Shown piece after piece: positions 25,845 through 38,559 of a DNA stretch of 64,000 nt (position 1 is the stretch's first letter; the number at the start of each line of letters is the position of its first letter). This DNA comes from Squalus acanthias (lineage: Eukaryota). Below the pieces are notes generated by a model, which ran no database searches, was not told the origin of the DNA, and saw only the letters and a list, made by a program, of their open reading frames with translations. The stretch covers positions 151,840,001-151,904,000 of the forward strand of contig CM059432.1 in NCBI GenBank assembly GCA_030390025.1. Reading direction: 5' to 3'. Both the position numbers and the translations under genes were made by a program.

Positions 25845-26990
25845 ATAGTTGTGAGGAGAGACTGGGACTATTTCCACGCGAGTAGTGATGGCTAAGGAGA
25901 TTTAATAGAGGTTTTGAAAATTATGAAGACTTTTGATGGTTGGGTGGCAGTGATGAAGGATCAATTCTGGGCCTCTGGATTATGAGTTCAGTAACATAAC
26001 CACTAGGCTATCGTACCCAAACGGAACCATTAGTTTTGTATCTAGAGGCATAGAATACAAAAGCGAGAAGATTTTGAAATTTGTACAAGATGTTCGCTCG
26101 GCCACAGTTTAATATTGTGTGTAGTTTTGGGCACCCCATCATAGGAAGGATATAAAAGCAATAGAAAAGGTGCAGCTTAGATTCACTGGATGTTCTTAAG
26201 GATGAGGAATTATAGTTATGAAAAGAGACTTGAGAAGTTGTCACTTTTTACACTGGAACTAAGAAAGTTGAGGGGTGACCTGATGGAGGTCTTCAAGATT
26301 ATGATGAGGCTAATAGTTATGTAAGGTTTCCACTGGTTGGCGAGATAGTAACGAGGGACTACAAATTTAAGATAGTCAGAAAAATAAATAAAAGGTAGGT
26401 TGGAAAAAATGTCTTCGCACAGAGGATGGTTAGAATGTGAATTCTCTTTCACAAACAGTTGTTGCAGCAAAGTCCATACATTCCTTTAAAAGGGAGTTAG
26501 ATAGTTGCTTGTTAAAAAGAAATACTGAAGGATGTGGGATTGAAATGGGTGGCTCATAATATTATATACTTTAAGTATTTCCTGGACATGCGTGAAGAAA
26601 AGATTACATTAACGGGTGGTAAAATTCATCTGATATTCTGTATCTCGAATTTAATGGTGAAGTAACTTACAAGACTGATGCTAAGAATAATAGAACATAG
26701 AATTAGAGGAGGGAGATGTGGATCAAAAACTGGCTTCGTAGTAGGAGATGGACTAATTATAGGAGTTTCAGTGTTGATTAAAGGAAGATAGATGCAATAG
26801 AAAAAGCAAATTGCAACCAATATAATTACTCGACTTACATATTGTCGTAACAACAAGGTGAAAGATCGCGCTATCTTTTAGTAAGTATAATGTTAGAGAT
26901 GAGATCATTTTGATTTTTTTTGAGTGCAGATATACTGATAATATTTTAACAATTGGGGATATTGGATAAGAGAACATACTTTCAATATTC
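25845..26990 (+). mobile_element. Old decayed CR1 fragments
   Basis: Degenerate CR1 3' ORF2 motifs (agaggcatagaatacaaaag, gaggggtgacctgatggaggtcttcaagattatg). Confidence 0.6.
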
Positions 26991-28642
26991 AGCTGCAAAG
27001 TAAGATGAAGTTCAGCTCAAATATTGGTAAATTCAAGCACAAAATTTGTGTAAATTGTATAAACTAACATTAACTATATAATTAACTATTGCCGACACAG
27101 AGCCAACTAATCGAGACTTGAGAGTGAATTTCTGCGGGCATTCTCCCGGTCGTCCGCCATAACTTCGGTGGAACAGCCACAGAAACCCCGAAAAAAAAAG
27201 TGTAAATGCTGTAGGAGAGCCACCTTGCAACTTCACCCCCTTGGTTTTTTTCTCAAAGTCAACAATTAGGAACAAGGAATGCCTTCACAGGGGTGTCTCT
27301 CCCTCTCCCTCTCTCTGGGACCTGGAGAATGGATTTTCTCAGGGTTGGAAATTTCACTTGGGCATTGGGTGCTTTCGTGTTTGAGCCATGAATTATGGAA
27401 ATTGTAGTTTTCATTCTTCTCCTATGGCGTTACAATACTCAGAATGCACCACAACGTGTAGTGTCTGGCAATCAGGTCGAAAATGTATAACCAATGACTT
27501 TGAAGCACAAGCAATAGAAAATAAAGACACTTTTACAGCATCTGAAACATTAAATAAAAACAACCTTAGCTAACTGTTGTGTGGGATGGGGGTTTTTTGC
27601 ATCGCTGAAAGGTGCTGAATTTGAAGCCACGGGTGAAGGGAAATATTGCAGTTGCTTTGCAGTGCAGCCAGATTACGTCGGTAACTCAGGCCAATATGAC
27701 TACCCATTTAGGCTACTGGCCATTGCAGATTTTACAATGGGGGAAGTAAACCTCCCTGGCACAGCACTACATTGACAACACCTTGGGAAAGAGATACAAA
27801 TTCTCCTGGAGAAGAAAAAAAAACCTTTTAGAACCATACAAATAACTGAGAAAAAGAAAGAAGCTTTTGTAGGGATAAGGGAAGAACAAAATATTTATAT
27901 GTTAAGCAAAAACTGCAAATCCACCTGAGAGCTAAACCAAAAACTGTTTATTTTATAATGTAAATAAGAACGATTTCTTTTTGAGAAGGGAAGAAACAAC
28001 AAAGCTTACCTGCTTCTCCAGTTTTGGAAGAGAAAGAGATAAATAGTATTACCAATATAAATGGGTCTTCTCTGGCATTGCTCATAGGTATTCTGAGGTC
28101 TGGAGCACAGTTTTGATGTTTAGCTGCTAAGACAGAGCTGTGTTTGACCTGTCTTATCCCTTCAAAGCCACTGCTCCAGTATTCCTTGTGAGGAAGTGAT
28201 CTGGAGACTCATTTTTAATGAAAGTTTCTCTGAATTTTTAGCTATTTATAAACCCCCACTTGTACCCTTAAGGAATCCAGATTAGCAAGGTTAGAAATGT
28301 CAGCAGTAAATAACTGCTATTCTTTATCCATTTTCTTTTTACATTGTAATGTAATGTATGTAGCAGACGAAACTATTCAAATCTATTTATTTTTCTCATA
28401 TGTAATATCATAGTATATAGTATTTATAAATCAATCTGAGGCTCAATATGTTTCTGTGTTATTAAAGTTTTATATTTTCTCTCATATCAGTTGTGATGTA
28501 TTGCTTGAGTAAATGTGCTGTATTACAGCGATGTTGTGCTTGGCCTACAGCAAAATCGGGGTGAACATCAGGTACCACACTCCAGGCCCTGGACTACTTG
28601 TGGAACAACTCCACAGGAGTCGACAAGGCTGATGGACTGTTC

Positions 28643-29497
28643 AGGCTGGATCTTACTTGAGAGGCGCGTTGGGGACGGGACTGCTGGTTTCCGGGTTCTC
28701 GTCCCGCCCCCAGCAACGTCTGATGACCTGACTCTATTATCCCCTGATTGGCCTTGTTAAGCCCGCCCTGCAGGCTTGCCGGCCAATTAAGGGAAAGCCA
28801 GTGTCAGATGATGTCAGTGCATGACGCTTCATCTGCCGGTTTTGTTAAAGTGACAGGCCCCATAATTTTTTGACAGATGAATTGTTAGTGTTTGACAGCA
28901 TTGAGGTGCTGTCAAACACTGACAATCACTGTCCAAAGGTGAGCCCTTGCACCCAGGCACACAAATTACTCTCTCCTTAGGAGAAAACAGATGGCAGCTG
29001 CATGTGAGATTGCAGAAGCCATCTGTCAATTCTCCCGATCAGATGAGGCTTCCCAGAAACATCAAATCATGTCACCTGCAGATACATATAAACAGAATAA
29101 AAATATATCTCACTACATTCTCTCACCTGTCATACTTACCTGTGCACTATTGCACCCATCACACTACCTCTGCAGCTGTTATTTGCACACTTACACTGCA
29201 GCAGACCCACAGCTCACCTCGTTGACCCTGGCGGGGTTTCCCGCTGTCGGGAAGGCCGCATCAGCAGGCTGAAAATGGGGAAAAGCCTCTTAACTGCCTG
29301 TTAACTACCTGTTAACAGGCAGTTAATTGGCTCTAATCTCCTCCCCGCCGCTAGGAGACGGATCCCTGCGCGACTCGGGAAACCCGCCTCCCGGGAAGAT
29401 GGTTTGGAGGCGGGTTGGGAGCAGGGTTGGGCCCCGCTCCCAATTTTTCCCATTTTCCCAGCAGTTCCGCCTCCTCAGGACTAGTAAAATCCAGCCC
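28643..29497. mobile_element. PIF/Harbinger-type non-autonomous element (about 855 bp) inserted in a CR1
   Basis: TIRs aggctggatcttact / agtaaaatccagccc. Flanks ttc / tta are a TTA-type TSD at 2/3. The flanks rejoin into CR1 aaggctgatggactg-tta-gcctttataac. Confidence 0.75.
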
Positions 29498-30090
29498 TTA
29501 GCCTTTATAACTGGAGGACTAGAATATAAAGGGGAGGAAGTTTTGCTGCAGCTAGACAAAGCCCGAGTTAGACCCCATCTCGAGTACTGTATACAGTTAG
29601 AAAGGATATATTGGCCTTGGAAGAAGATTCACCAGAATGTTACCAGGGCTTCAAGGATCAGATTATGAGGAACAATTAAATAAATTAGGCTTGTATTCAC
29701 TGGAATATAGAAGGTTAAGGGGTGATTTGATTGAGGTTTTTAAGATTTTGAAAGGAATTGATAGGGTAGATAGAGAGAAACCTTTTTAGCTGGTGGGGGT
29801 GTCTCGGACAAGGGGACATAACTTTAAAATCAGAGCTAGGCCATTCAGGAGAGAAGTTATGAAACACTTCTTCACTCAAAGGGTGGAAGAAGTGTGGAAC
29901 TCTCTCCCACAAAAAGCAGTAGATGCTTGCTCAATTAATAATTTGTAACCTGAGATCGATATTTTTTTGCTAGACAAGGATATGGAGCCAAGGCAGATGG
30001 ATGGAGTTAAGCTACAGATCAGTCATGATCTCACTGAATGGCGGAGCAGGCTTGAGGGGCTGGCTGGCCTACTCCTGTTCCTATGTACTA
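29498..30090 (+). mobile_element. CR1 3' fragment
   Basis: LAFITGGLEYKGEEVLLQL..RPHLEYC and a CR1 3' UTR (gaatggcggagcaggcttgaggggc..ctcctgttcctatg). Confidence 0.85.
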
Positions 30091-31152
30091 ATATTTTTTT
30101 TTAATCCTATTTATTTTGTTGTTTTATATTTATGCCCGTTTCCTACTCTAGGTTTACTCATTATCCCCTACATAGAGTGTCAGCAAACAACCACATCTTA
30201 TGCTGCCCACTTGGTATGAGAGAGCAGCCCGGGTTGCTCATCCCCCAATTTTCCCCACTTTCCTTTCTATGATGAAACTGCACCTCACCCTTTTGGCACA
30301 GCTGAGACCAATGATACACTACATGGGAAATCATAGATCACGTCACTCTTTGACACAGGGTTTTAGGGCTTCAGTGCATTATGACACATTGCCTTTTTTA
30401 TTCTTGTTCAGTCTTTTACCAATGGGGTTAAAAAGCTAATTTGTGGCTACACAAAATGATGGGATGTAATGCAATTAAGAATATTTAAGAAAATGAGAAC
30501 ATTATAAATTTCAAGAGAAGTACTGCATTAATTTTGTGAAACATAACCTGATGCATGAATATGTGAAAGTGCACCCATGATGGGCTTCCTGATTTGCTTG
30601 TAGTATCATTCATTGTCAGACTTACTACCAGTAGCTCATGGCCAGGCAAAGCTGGCAGTTTCTTATTAAAATCTGTTGTTAGGCAATTATGAAGTCAAAT
30701 GGATGAGTGATGAGCTGCAGAAATATGTATATTTATTGGTACAGCTGATGTACAGTTCAACCTTAACTGTTGTGGATTTGTTAGCTGCTGTTTCCAACTG
30801 GTGTACTCTTCCACTAGTGACACCTAGCAGTACATCACTACTACTTCAACATTCCTAGTTCCCCCCAGCAGTGAGTCTAACAATACATGATACAAGCGAA
30901 TGAGAAGATCTTTTATGTCTCGAGCTTTGTTTCATCATGTAGCAGGTAATGTACATGCTTTAAACCACACATATAGCATCTTACTTGATACCTTTCATAT
31001 TCTTGCTTTCTTAAATATTTTATGCACTGTTAGCTATCCTGTTTCCAAAAAGTTTTTATCATAAGTTAATGTTTCACCTGTGGTGATTATTTATTGTAGA
31101 TGAAATCTAACACACTAACTCTTTCCTGTTCTTTGCTTGCTCTGTTACAAAG

Positions 31153-31176
31153 ATGATGCATCCGACAAGGCAGATG
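31153..31176 (+). CDS. CLASP2: CLASP2 24-nt microexon: DDASDKAD
   Basis: Branch-like cactaac, a pyrimidine tract, then aag|atgatgcatccgacaaggcagatg|gtaagg. Matches human CLASP2 EDTSDKLD as recalled. Phase 1-1. Confidence 0.88.
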
Positions 31177-31684
31177 GTAAGGAAATTGCCTACCTGTCTT
31201 TCCCTATAATCTTGTTATACATCTGTAACTAACATGTTTTAATATGCTTATAGGTATAAATGCTAGATTTAACATTACAAATTGTCACGTCTCTTAATTG
31301 GAAGTCTGAGGAGTAATCAGTTACTTCAGCTTGGTAAAATGTGGAACATATGGGCAAGTTGTGTCCTGGAAAATCATCCCATAAAGAGACAGTACCAACA
31401 AGTTGCTATGTGGTGTAATATATTTGTCGTATGTATGCAATTCAAAATTAACTACATGCATTTTCTCAGCAAGCTTCTAAAGCCCAAGTTATCTCATACT
31501 TCTTATTTTTTTAATCCGTGTTTTCCATAAATGTTTTCAAATACACCAATAATCCCTGAAGCAAAATGAAGGTGCATTAATCAATCAGTTCACCAAGTAA
31601 TTTTACTGTCAAAAGCCATAATCATAATATTAACTTGTACTAAGATTATGTATGTTGTCACTTTGAAACTTTTTTCCTATTTAG

Positions 31685-31702
31685 GAACAACTTCTGTAGA
31701 TG
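31685..31702 (+). CDS. CLASP2: CLASP2 18-nt microexon: GTTSVD
   Basis: ttttttcctatttag|gaacaacttctgtagatg|gtaagc. Matches human CLASP2 GTASED as recalled. Phase 1-1. Confidence 0.85.
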
Positions 31703-32334
31703 GTAAGCACTCAAAATTTGAATTCTGTTTTTTTTTATACTTGGAAAAGTGACCATGAAGCTGTCGAATTGTTAAAAAAAACAACTGGTTCATGAATGTT
31801 CCTTCGGAAAGGAAACCTGCTGCCCTTCCCTGGTCTGGCCTATATTTGACTTTAGTCCCACACCAGTGTAACCTAGCAAGTTACTCAGTTGCAACTAGAA
31901 GTTACAACAAAATATGACTTTTTTTGGGAGGTGGAGAGAAAGAGAGGAGGGACATTCTTAGTATTAAGGTCGTTAGCATTTCTAAGCATTTTTACAGCAC
32001 AATCATCTTGCAATAAATGGCCCAATTCTGTCACCAATTCCACAGTGAGTTATTGTGTCCCAGCTCACCAACCTACCTGAACTTGAGAGGTTTAGAAAAA
32101 CATTTTCTGAGAAAATCTTGCATTCAGGATAAATTTTTAAAGGTTTGATCCTGTTTTGAATTATTCTGCTTGTGAATCAATCGTAATTGCACTTAACTGC
32201 TCTGTGCTCAGATAGCTTCCTGACCACAGTAGTGAAGCTGTGTTTAGATGGGTTACAAAGTGCTCTGTTTAACTCCCCTTTATGGAAAGTCCAATGGCCC
32301 AGCACACAGCTATTTCACACCTTTTATCTTTTAT

Positions 32335-33210
32335 CACACAGGATATACGGCACAGAAACAGGCCATTCGGCCTAACCAGTCCATGCCGGCGTTTATGCTC
32401 CACACGAGCCTCCTCCCGTCTTTCCTCATCTAAATCTATCAGCATAACACTCTATTCCCTTTTCCCTCATATGCTTGTCTAGCCTCCCCTTAAATGCATC
32501 TACACTATTCGCTTCAACCACTCCGTGTGGTCGTGAGTTCCACATTCTCACCTCTCTTTGGGTAACGAAGTTTCTTCTGAATTCCCTATTGGATTTCTTG
32601 GTGACTATCTTATATTGATGGCCTCTAGTTATGCTCTTCCCCACAAGTGGAAACATTCTCTCTGTATCCACTCTATCAAAATTTTTCATAATTTTAAAGA
32701 CCTCTATTAGGTCACCCCCTCAGCCTTCTTCATTCAAGAGAAAAGAGATCCAGCCTGTTCATCCTTTCCTGATATGTATACCTTTGCATTTCTGGTATCA
32801 TCCTTGTAAATCTTCTCTGCACCCTCTCCAGTGCCTCTATATCCTTTTCATAATATGGCGACCAGAACTGTACGCAGTTCTCTAAGTGTGGTCTAACCAA
32901 CATTTGATACAGGTATAACATAACTTCCCTACTTTTCAATTCTATCCCTCTAGAAATAAACCCTAGTGCTTGGTTTGCTTTTTTTATGGCCTTGCTAACC
33001 TGTGTCACAGCTTTTAGTGATTTGTGTATTTGTACTCCGAGATCCCTTTGTTCCTCTACCCCACCTAGACTCGCACCCTCCAAGTGATAAGTGACCTCCC
33101 TATTCTTCCTACCAAAATGTAATACCTCACATTTATCTGTGTTGAACTTCATTTGCCAATTATATGCCCATTCTGCAATTTTATTAATGTCCTCCTGTAA
33201 CTTGTTGTGG
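32335..33210 (-). mobile_element. 5'-truncated CR1 LINE, same subfamily as 21500-22965, inverted
   Basis: ORF 32426-32689 is identical at 80 of 87 aa to ORF 22595-22858. Confidence 0.92.
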
Positions 33211-33549
33211 TTGCTCATCTGTTCTCTATTTTAGCCCTTGTAATATCTGTTTTTCTTTCTTAATCAGCTTTACTACCTATATTGGATTTCTCCCTAGATT
33301 CTCATTCTATATCTTTGCTCACATTCATAGTTTATAGATAAGTTGCCTTCTCTTGTTGGTTTCATATTAGATATAGACTAGAAATGTAATGTCTGTCATC
33401 ATGGGAGTGTTTACAGCATTTGGCCTTCTTCCTGTCATCCCCTTCTTGTTTTATAATGAGGCTAATTTATGACTGGATAAGACCATTATGTTCCACCAGG
33501 CCTGTGCCGAAGTGCGACAAGAATCACACACGACTCTATCCCTCATACT

Positions 33550-34710
33550 CTTCAATTTTTTCCCTCACCAACATCTATCCAGCTCTCTTGAATTTGAATT
33601 GAGTACTTCAATAAGATCTTCCCTCAGCTTTGTCTTCTAAGGTGTAAATATTTCTAATTTCTGTAGCTGCTTCTTGTAGCTCAGGTGTCTCATACCAGGT
33701 ATCACCTAAGTTGCCCTTTGCTGTACCCTTCTTGAAAACTAGGATGCCACTACTGTAGTACGGTGGGTAGAATTGTACAAGGACACCAGGTAGGGCTTGT
33801 CTGTAGCAGCTCGGTGTCACTTACTCAGACATGTACTCTGTCCCTCTAACTAACATCCCCAAGATCTTGTTGGTCTCTTGGGTGCATACTATGCAGATGT
33901 TACGGTCATCTATCCACAAGTACTCCACATTCCTCTTCCATGTTGTGTCCTGCAGAATGATGTCATTATTCTTGTATTTGCACTGCTTTTCTTTTCCCCA
34001 GATTTGCCACCTTCCAAATGAAATCACGGCATCTATCCAAATCCCACTCGCATTTGCTTGTTGCCTTCAGAAGGATACACCCTTCTACTCCCCTACAATG
34101 AACTTCACTTTATTTGTTTCCCTAATTCAACCAATTGCTAACCCACTTTGTTAATTACTCCTTGCTTTCCAATGTTGCAGGCTAATCTCCTGTGATAACA
34201 TTTGCTAAAATGAAATATACAATGAAACACCCACTTCGTTCCTAAGTTCATTGGTCTTTCAAAGAGCTCCAATATATTTGCCACGTTATCCAGTCAGCTT
34301 CCATTGTAACCATCTTATTCACTCAAAATCCACCTTCCTAAAGTTTGAGCGTCTGTTATTCTCTTCCCCTTCTCCATTATAAATTTGACTTTAAACTCTA
34401 CTATATCGTGATCAGTGTTAGATTTGTTCTCTAACTAAACCCTCCTCCACCATCCCATGGTTGTTCTATAGAATTAGATCCAATATCGCCCCGTTGCCTT
34501 CTAGTTTCCTTCATGATTTGACTCATGGTGCACTCCATAATTCTATCCAGTAGTATATGTTGACTTTTTACTCCCATTGTAATCCTCCCAATTTATCCCA
34601 TGTAAATTGAAATTATTAGTAACAGTTGTATTTGGCCCCTCACATGCTTCCTTTATTTGGTTATCAAGTTGCGATTAGCTCTATTCTTGACCTGGTAGGC
34701 TGTAATCAGG
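33550..34710 (-). mobile_element. Very old CR1 remnants
   Basis: Degenerate minus-strand motifs (NKILGMLVRGTEY, and APE-like remnants near 34400-34700). Confidence 0.5.
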
Positions 34711-34920
34711 TCTCCTTCTGCTCGGCAATTCCATGACCACAGAAATGACTGAACCTGGAAGGAAATTTTTCCTCCACTACTTTTTTTCCCCCTTTTTATT
34801 CTTTCCCTTTAACTGTATTGGAACCAAGTGGTGACCAATATCTGAAGTTCTAAATCTGAATGGTGTCAAACCAACCTTCTGTTCCCTGTTGATTTGCAAC
34901 ACATTAATCCCGATGCAATT

Positions 34921-37880
34921 CAACAACAACAATTTACCTTTATCTATAGCGCCTTTAACATAGTAAAATGTTCCAAGCAGCATCACAGGAGGGATATCAA
35001 AAACAAAATTTGACACCGAGTCATATAAGGAGATATTAGGGCAGATGACCAAAAGCTTGGTCAAAGATGTAGGTTTTAAAGAGCGTCTTAAAGGAGGAAA
35101 GAGAGGTGAAGAGGTTTAGGAAGAGAATTTCAGAGCTTAGGACCTAGGTAGCTTAAGGCATGGCCGCCAATGGTAGAGCGATTAAAATCAGGGACCAGAA
35201 TTGGCGGAGCGCAGAGGTCTCAGGGGATTGTCGGGCTGGAGAAGATTACAGAGATAGGGAGGGACGAGGCCATGGAGGGATTTGAAAATGACGAGAATTT
35301 TAAAATTGAGGTGTTGCCTAACTGGGAGCCAGTGTAGGTCAGCGAGCATAGGGGAGATGAGTGAGTGGGACTTGGTGCAAGTTGGGACACAGGCGGCAGA
35401 GTTTTGGATGATTTCAAGTTTATGAAGGGTAGAACTAGGGAGGCTGGCCAGTAGCGCATTGGAATAGTCAAGTCTAGAGGTAACAAAGGCGTGGATGACA
35501 GTTTCAGCAGCAAATAAGCTGAGGCAAGAGCAGAGACAGGCGTTGTTACGGGGGTGGAAATGGGCAGCCTTGGTGATGGAGCAGATATGACACCAAGGTT
35601 GCAAACAGACTGGGTCAGCCTCAGACAGTTGCCAGGGAGAGGGATGACATCGGTGGGAAGGGAATGGAGTTTGTAGCGTGGACCGAAGACAATGGCTTCG
35701 GTCGTCCCGATATTTAATCGGAGGAAATTTCTGCTCATCCAGTGCTGGGAGTCTGACAGTATAGAGACAGTGGAGGGTTCGAGAGAAGTGGAGGAGAGAT
35801 AGAGCTGCATATCATAAGCGTGCATATGAAAACTCTATCTGTGTAATCTCCTCCAGCCCTACAACCCTCCGAGATATCTATGCTCCTCTAATTCTGGCCT
35901 CTTGAGCATCCCCAATTTTAATCGCTCCACCATTGATGGCTATGCCTTCAGCTGCCAAGGCCTTAAGCTCTGGAATTCCCTCCCTAAACCTCTCCGCCCC
36001 GTACCTCTCTTTCCTCCTTTATAACACTCCTGTAGCACCTTGGGACGTTGTACTACGTTAAAGGCACTATATAAATACTTGTTGTTGTTGCTGTTGTGTC
36101 ATCTGCTGATGTCACCGAGGGGCAGCGTGTAGATGAGAAATAGGAGGGGGCCAAGGATAGATCCTTGGGGGACACCAGAGGTGATGGTGCAGTAGCAGGA
36201 AGAAAAGCCATTGCAGGTGATTCTATGGCTATGGCTGGAAAGATAAGAATGGAACCAGGCGCGTGCAGTCCCAAATAGCTGGATGACCGTGGAGAGGCAT
36301 TGGAGGAGGATGGAGTGGTCAAAGGTTGCAGACAGGTCGAGAAGGACAAGGAAGAGATAGTTTACCTTTGTCACAGTCAATTAGGATGTCATTTGTGACC
36401 TTGGTAAGAGCCGTTTCGGTATTGTGGCAAGGGCAGAAACCTGATTAGAGGGATTAAGCAAGAAATGCCGGGAAAGATGGGCACGGATTTGGGAGGTGAC
36501 AGCATGTTCAAGGACTTTGGAGAGGAACGGGAGGTTGGAGATGGGGCGAGTTTGCAAGGACGGAGGGGTCAAGGGTTGGTATTTTGAGTAGAGAACTGAT
36601 GACGGCAGATTTGAGGGAGAGGGGGCAGTATCTGAGGAGAGAGAACCGTTAACAATATCAGCTAACATAGGAGCCAGGAAGGGAAGTTGAGTGGTCAGCA
36701 GTTTAGTTGGAATAGGGTCAAGAGAGCAGGAGGCCGGTTTCATTGACAAGCTGAGCTTTGAGAGGGCATGAGTGGAGATAGGAGAGAAACTAGAGAAATA
36801 TGCAAATTCAGGGTTAGGGCAAGGGGGAAACGGAGAGGAAGTTAGGCCCGGTGGACGAGGGGAAGGAAGGGAAGTAGCAGAGGCAGTTGAACGGATGTTC
36901 TCGATCTTTTTAACAAAAAAAACCTTGAACTTCTCGCATTTATTTTTGGAGGTGAGGGAGGAGGAGGCGGCAAGGGAGTGTGGTTTAAGAAGACCATTTG
37001 TGGTGAAGAGAAGCTGGATGTTACTTTTCCCTTCCTGCATGATCTTCAAATAGTGAGCAGTTTTAGCGACGGAGAGCAGGACCCGATAATGCTTTATACG
37101 ATCCAGCCATATCTGGTGATGGATGGTTAAACCAGTTGTCCGCTAAAGACGTTCGAGTCTGCGTCCCTTGGACTTAAGGGAGCAGAGATGAGGGGTATAC
37201 CAGGGGAAAGACAAGAGTGAGAGAGTGTAATGGTTTTAGTCGGGACAAGGGCATTAGAGGTGTTGGAGAGTGTGTGATTTAGTACATTAGTAGCTGCAGA
37301 AATGTCATGAAGAATTGTAGGCCAAAGGCTAGATAGTTGCGAATTTGAAAATGCAGTGGTAAGGGACTTGAGGGAGAGTTTTTTCCAGGGGCGGACACAA
37401 AAAGAAGTGGGGTTGGGAGGGGGAGGGCGAAGGGGAATATGGGTAGAGAGCAGTATAAGGAAATGATCAGATATTGCCTTATCAGTGATAGTTACGGTAG
37501 GGGTAGTGAGGCCACGTGAGATAACAAGATCGAGGAAGTGGCCGTCTATATGGGTAGGAGAGTTTATATGGAGGGAGAAATCAAGGGAGGAAACGAGGGC
37601 AGTGCACTCAGGAGAGAGAACAAGAAGAGTTGAGGTGGAGGTTGAAATCACCGAGGATGAGAAGTCGCTCAGTGCAGAGGGAGGAAAGCAAAGAAGGTAT
37701 CTCAGTGAGAAAATTAGTGTGATACTTGAGTGGGCAGTACAGAACAAGGACTTTCAAAGAGAGGCATGAGGGGTGGAACAAGGTGAGATGCAGAAAGGAG
37801 GAGAAGTTGCCAGAGGAGTAGAGAGACGGACCAAGGTGTGATTTAGAGATAACCGCAGCGGTTTGGGCGAGGCAAATGGT
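34921..37880 (-). mobile_element. Long L2-clade LINE (APE and RT remnants), interrupted
   Basis: (AAC)n tail at 34921. HAFVTSRLDYSNALL, LLDLSATFD..GVPQGSILGPLLF, SCSLDPIP, ILGDFNLH and SDHFL. Confidence 0.9.
35840..36097 (+). mobile_element. Short L2 3' fragment inserted antisense inside the long L2
   Basis: tgtaatctcctccagccctacaaccctccgaga..ctctggaattccctccctaaacc..aaaggcactatataaatac(ttg)n. Confidence 0.82.
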
Positions 37881-38249
37881 GGAAAGTATAGCCAGCCAAT
37901 ATATAACCTGCACACTTCACTTTCAAACAATGTGAATTGCATTAGGATTATGTTGATCTCTGCTCATTTATCACCTGGTTTTGCGGAACCTCAGAGTCCA
38001 GTTTAGCAGGAAAATGTGACAAGTGTGAAATGCATTGGGATTAATGAGCTGAAAATCAATGGAGTTTAGATTGTTCAATACCATTTAGGTTCAGGTACCC
38101 ATCCTTTTAAAGGATCATATATTGTCACAAATCATTTGTGTTTGATAGCCAGACCTTTTATCTTTTGCACTTTGCCTTTTTATGTGAGTAACCCATCATA
38201 TTTGTCAATAGCTTTGCTTTTCTAACTCACGCATTTATTTTTTTTCTAG

Positions 38250-38354
38250 GTCGTATTCGTAATAGGCAACTACTCTCGGGAACTGCCACTGGTGGTGGCG
38301 ATGCTGCTGATTCCAGAGGGCGAAGTCGTACGAAAGTGGTGTCTCAGTCCCAAC
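38250..38354 (+). CDS. CLASP2: CLASP2 coding exon (105 nt): GRIRNRQLLSGTATGGGDAADSRGRSRTKVVSQSQ
   Basis: Acceptor tttttttctag| and donor |gtatgt. DSRGRSRTKxVSQSQ is a CLASP2 motif. Phase 1-1. Confidence 0.93.
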
Positions 38355-38532
38355 GTATGTATCTGGCGTGTTGGCATGCAGTGTGATGTATAAAACATCT
38401 AGTTTTATAAATCGGGGGTATAGCAAATATTGTCGTTCTGTTTATACGCAGAGCGGATGCATTAGTACTTTACTTGCCATTTTAAAATGTTGAATGATCC
38501 ACTAAGTTTTGAACAACTGTTCTATGCCTCAG

Positions 38533-38559
38533 GTTTAACATCATCTGAAGATAACAAAG
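38533..38559 (+). CDS. CLASP2: Candidate 27-nt alternative microexon: RLTSSEDNK
   Basis: ctgttctatgcctcag|gtttaacatcatctgaagataacaaag|gtatct. Frame-preserving phase 1-1 with no stop, an upstream cactaag branch-like site and a downstream TGCATG. The donor is weak and I recall no homolog. Confidence 0.45.
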
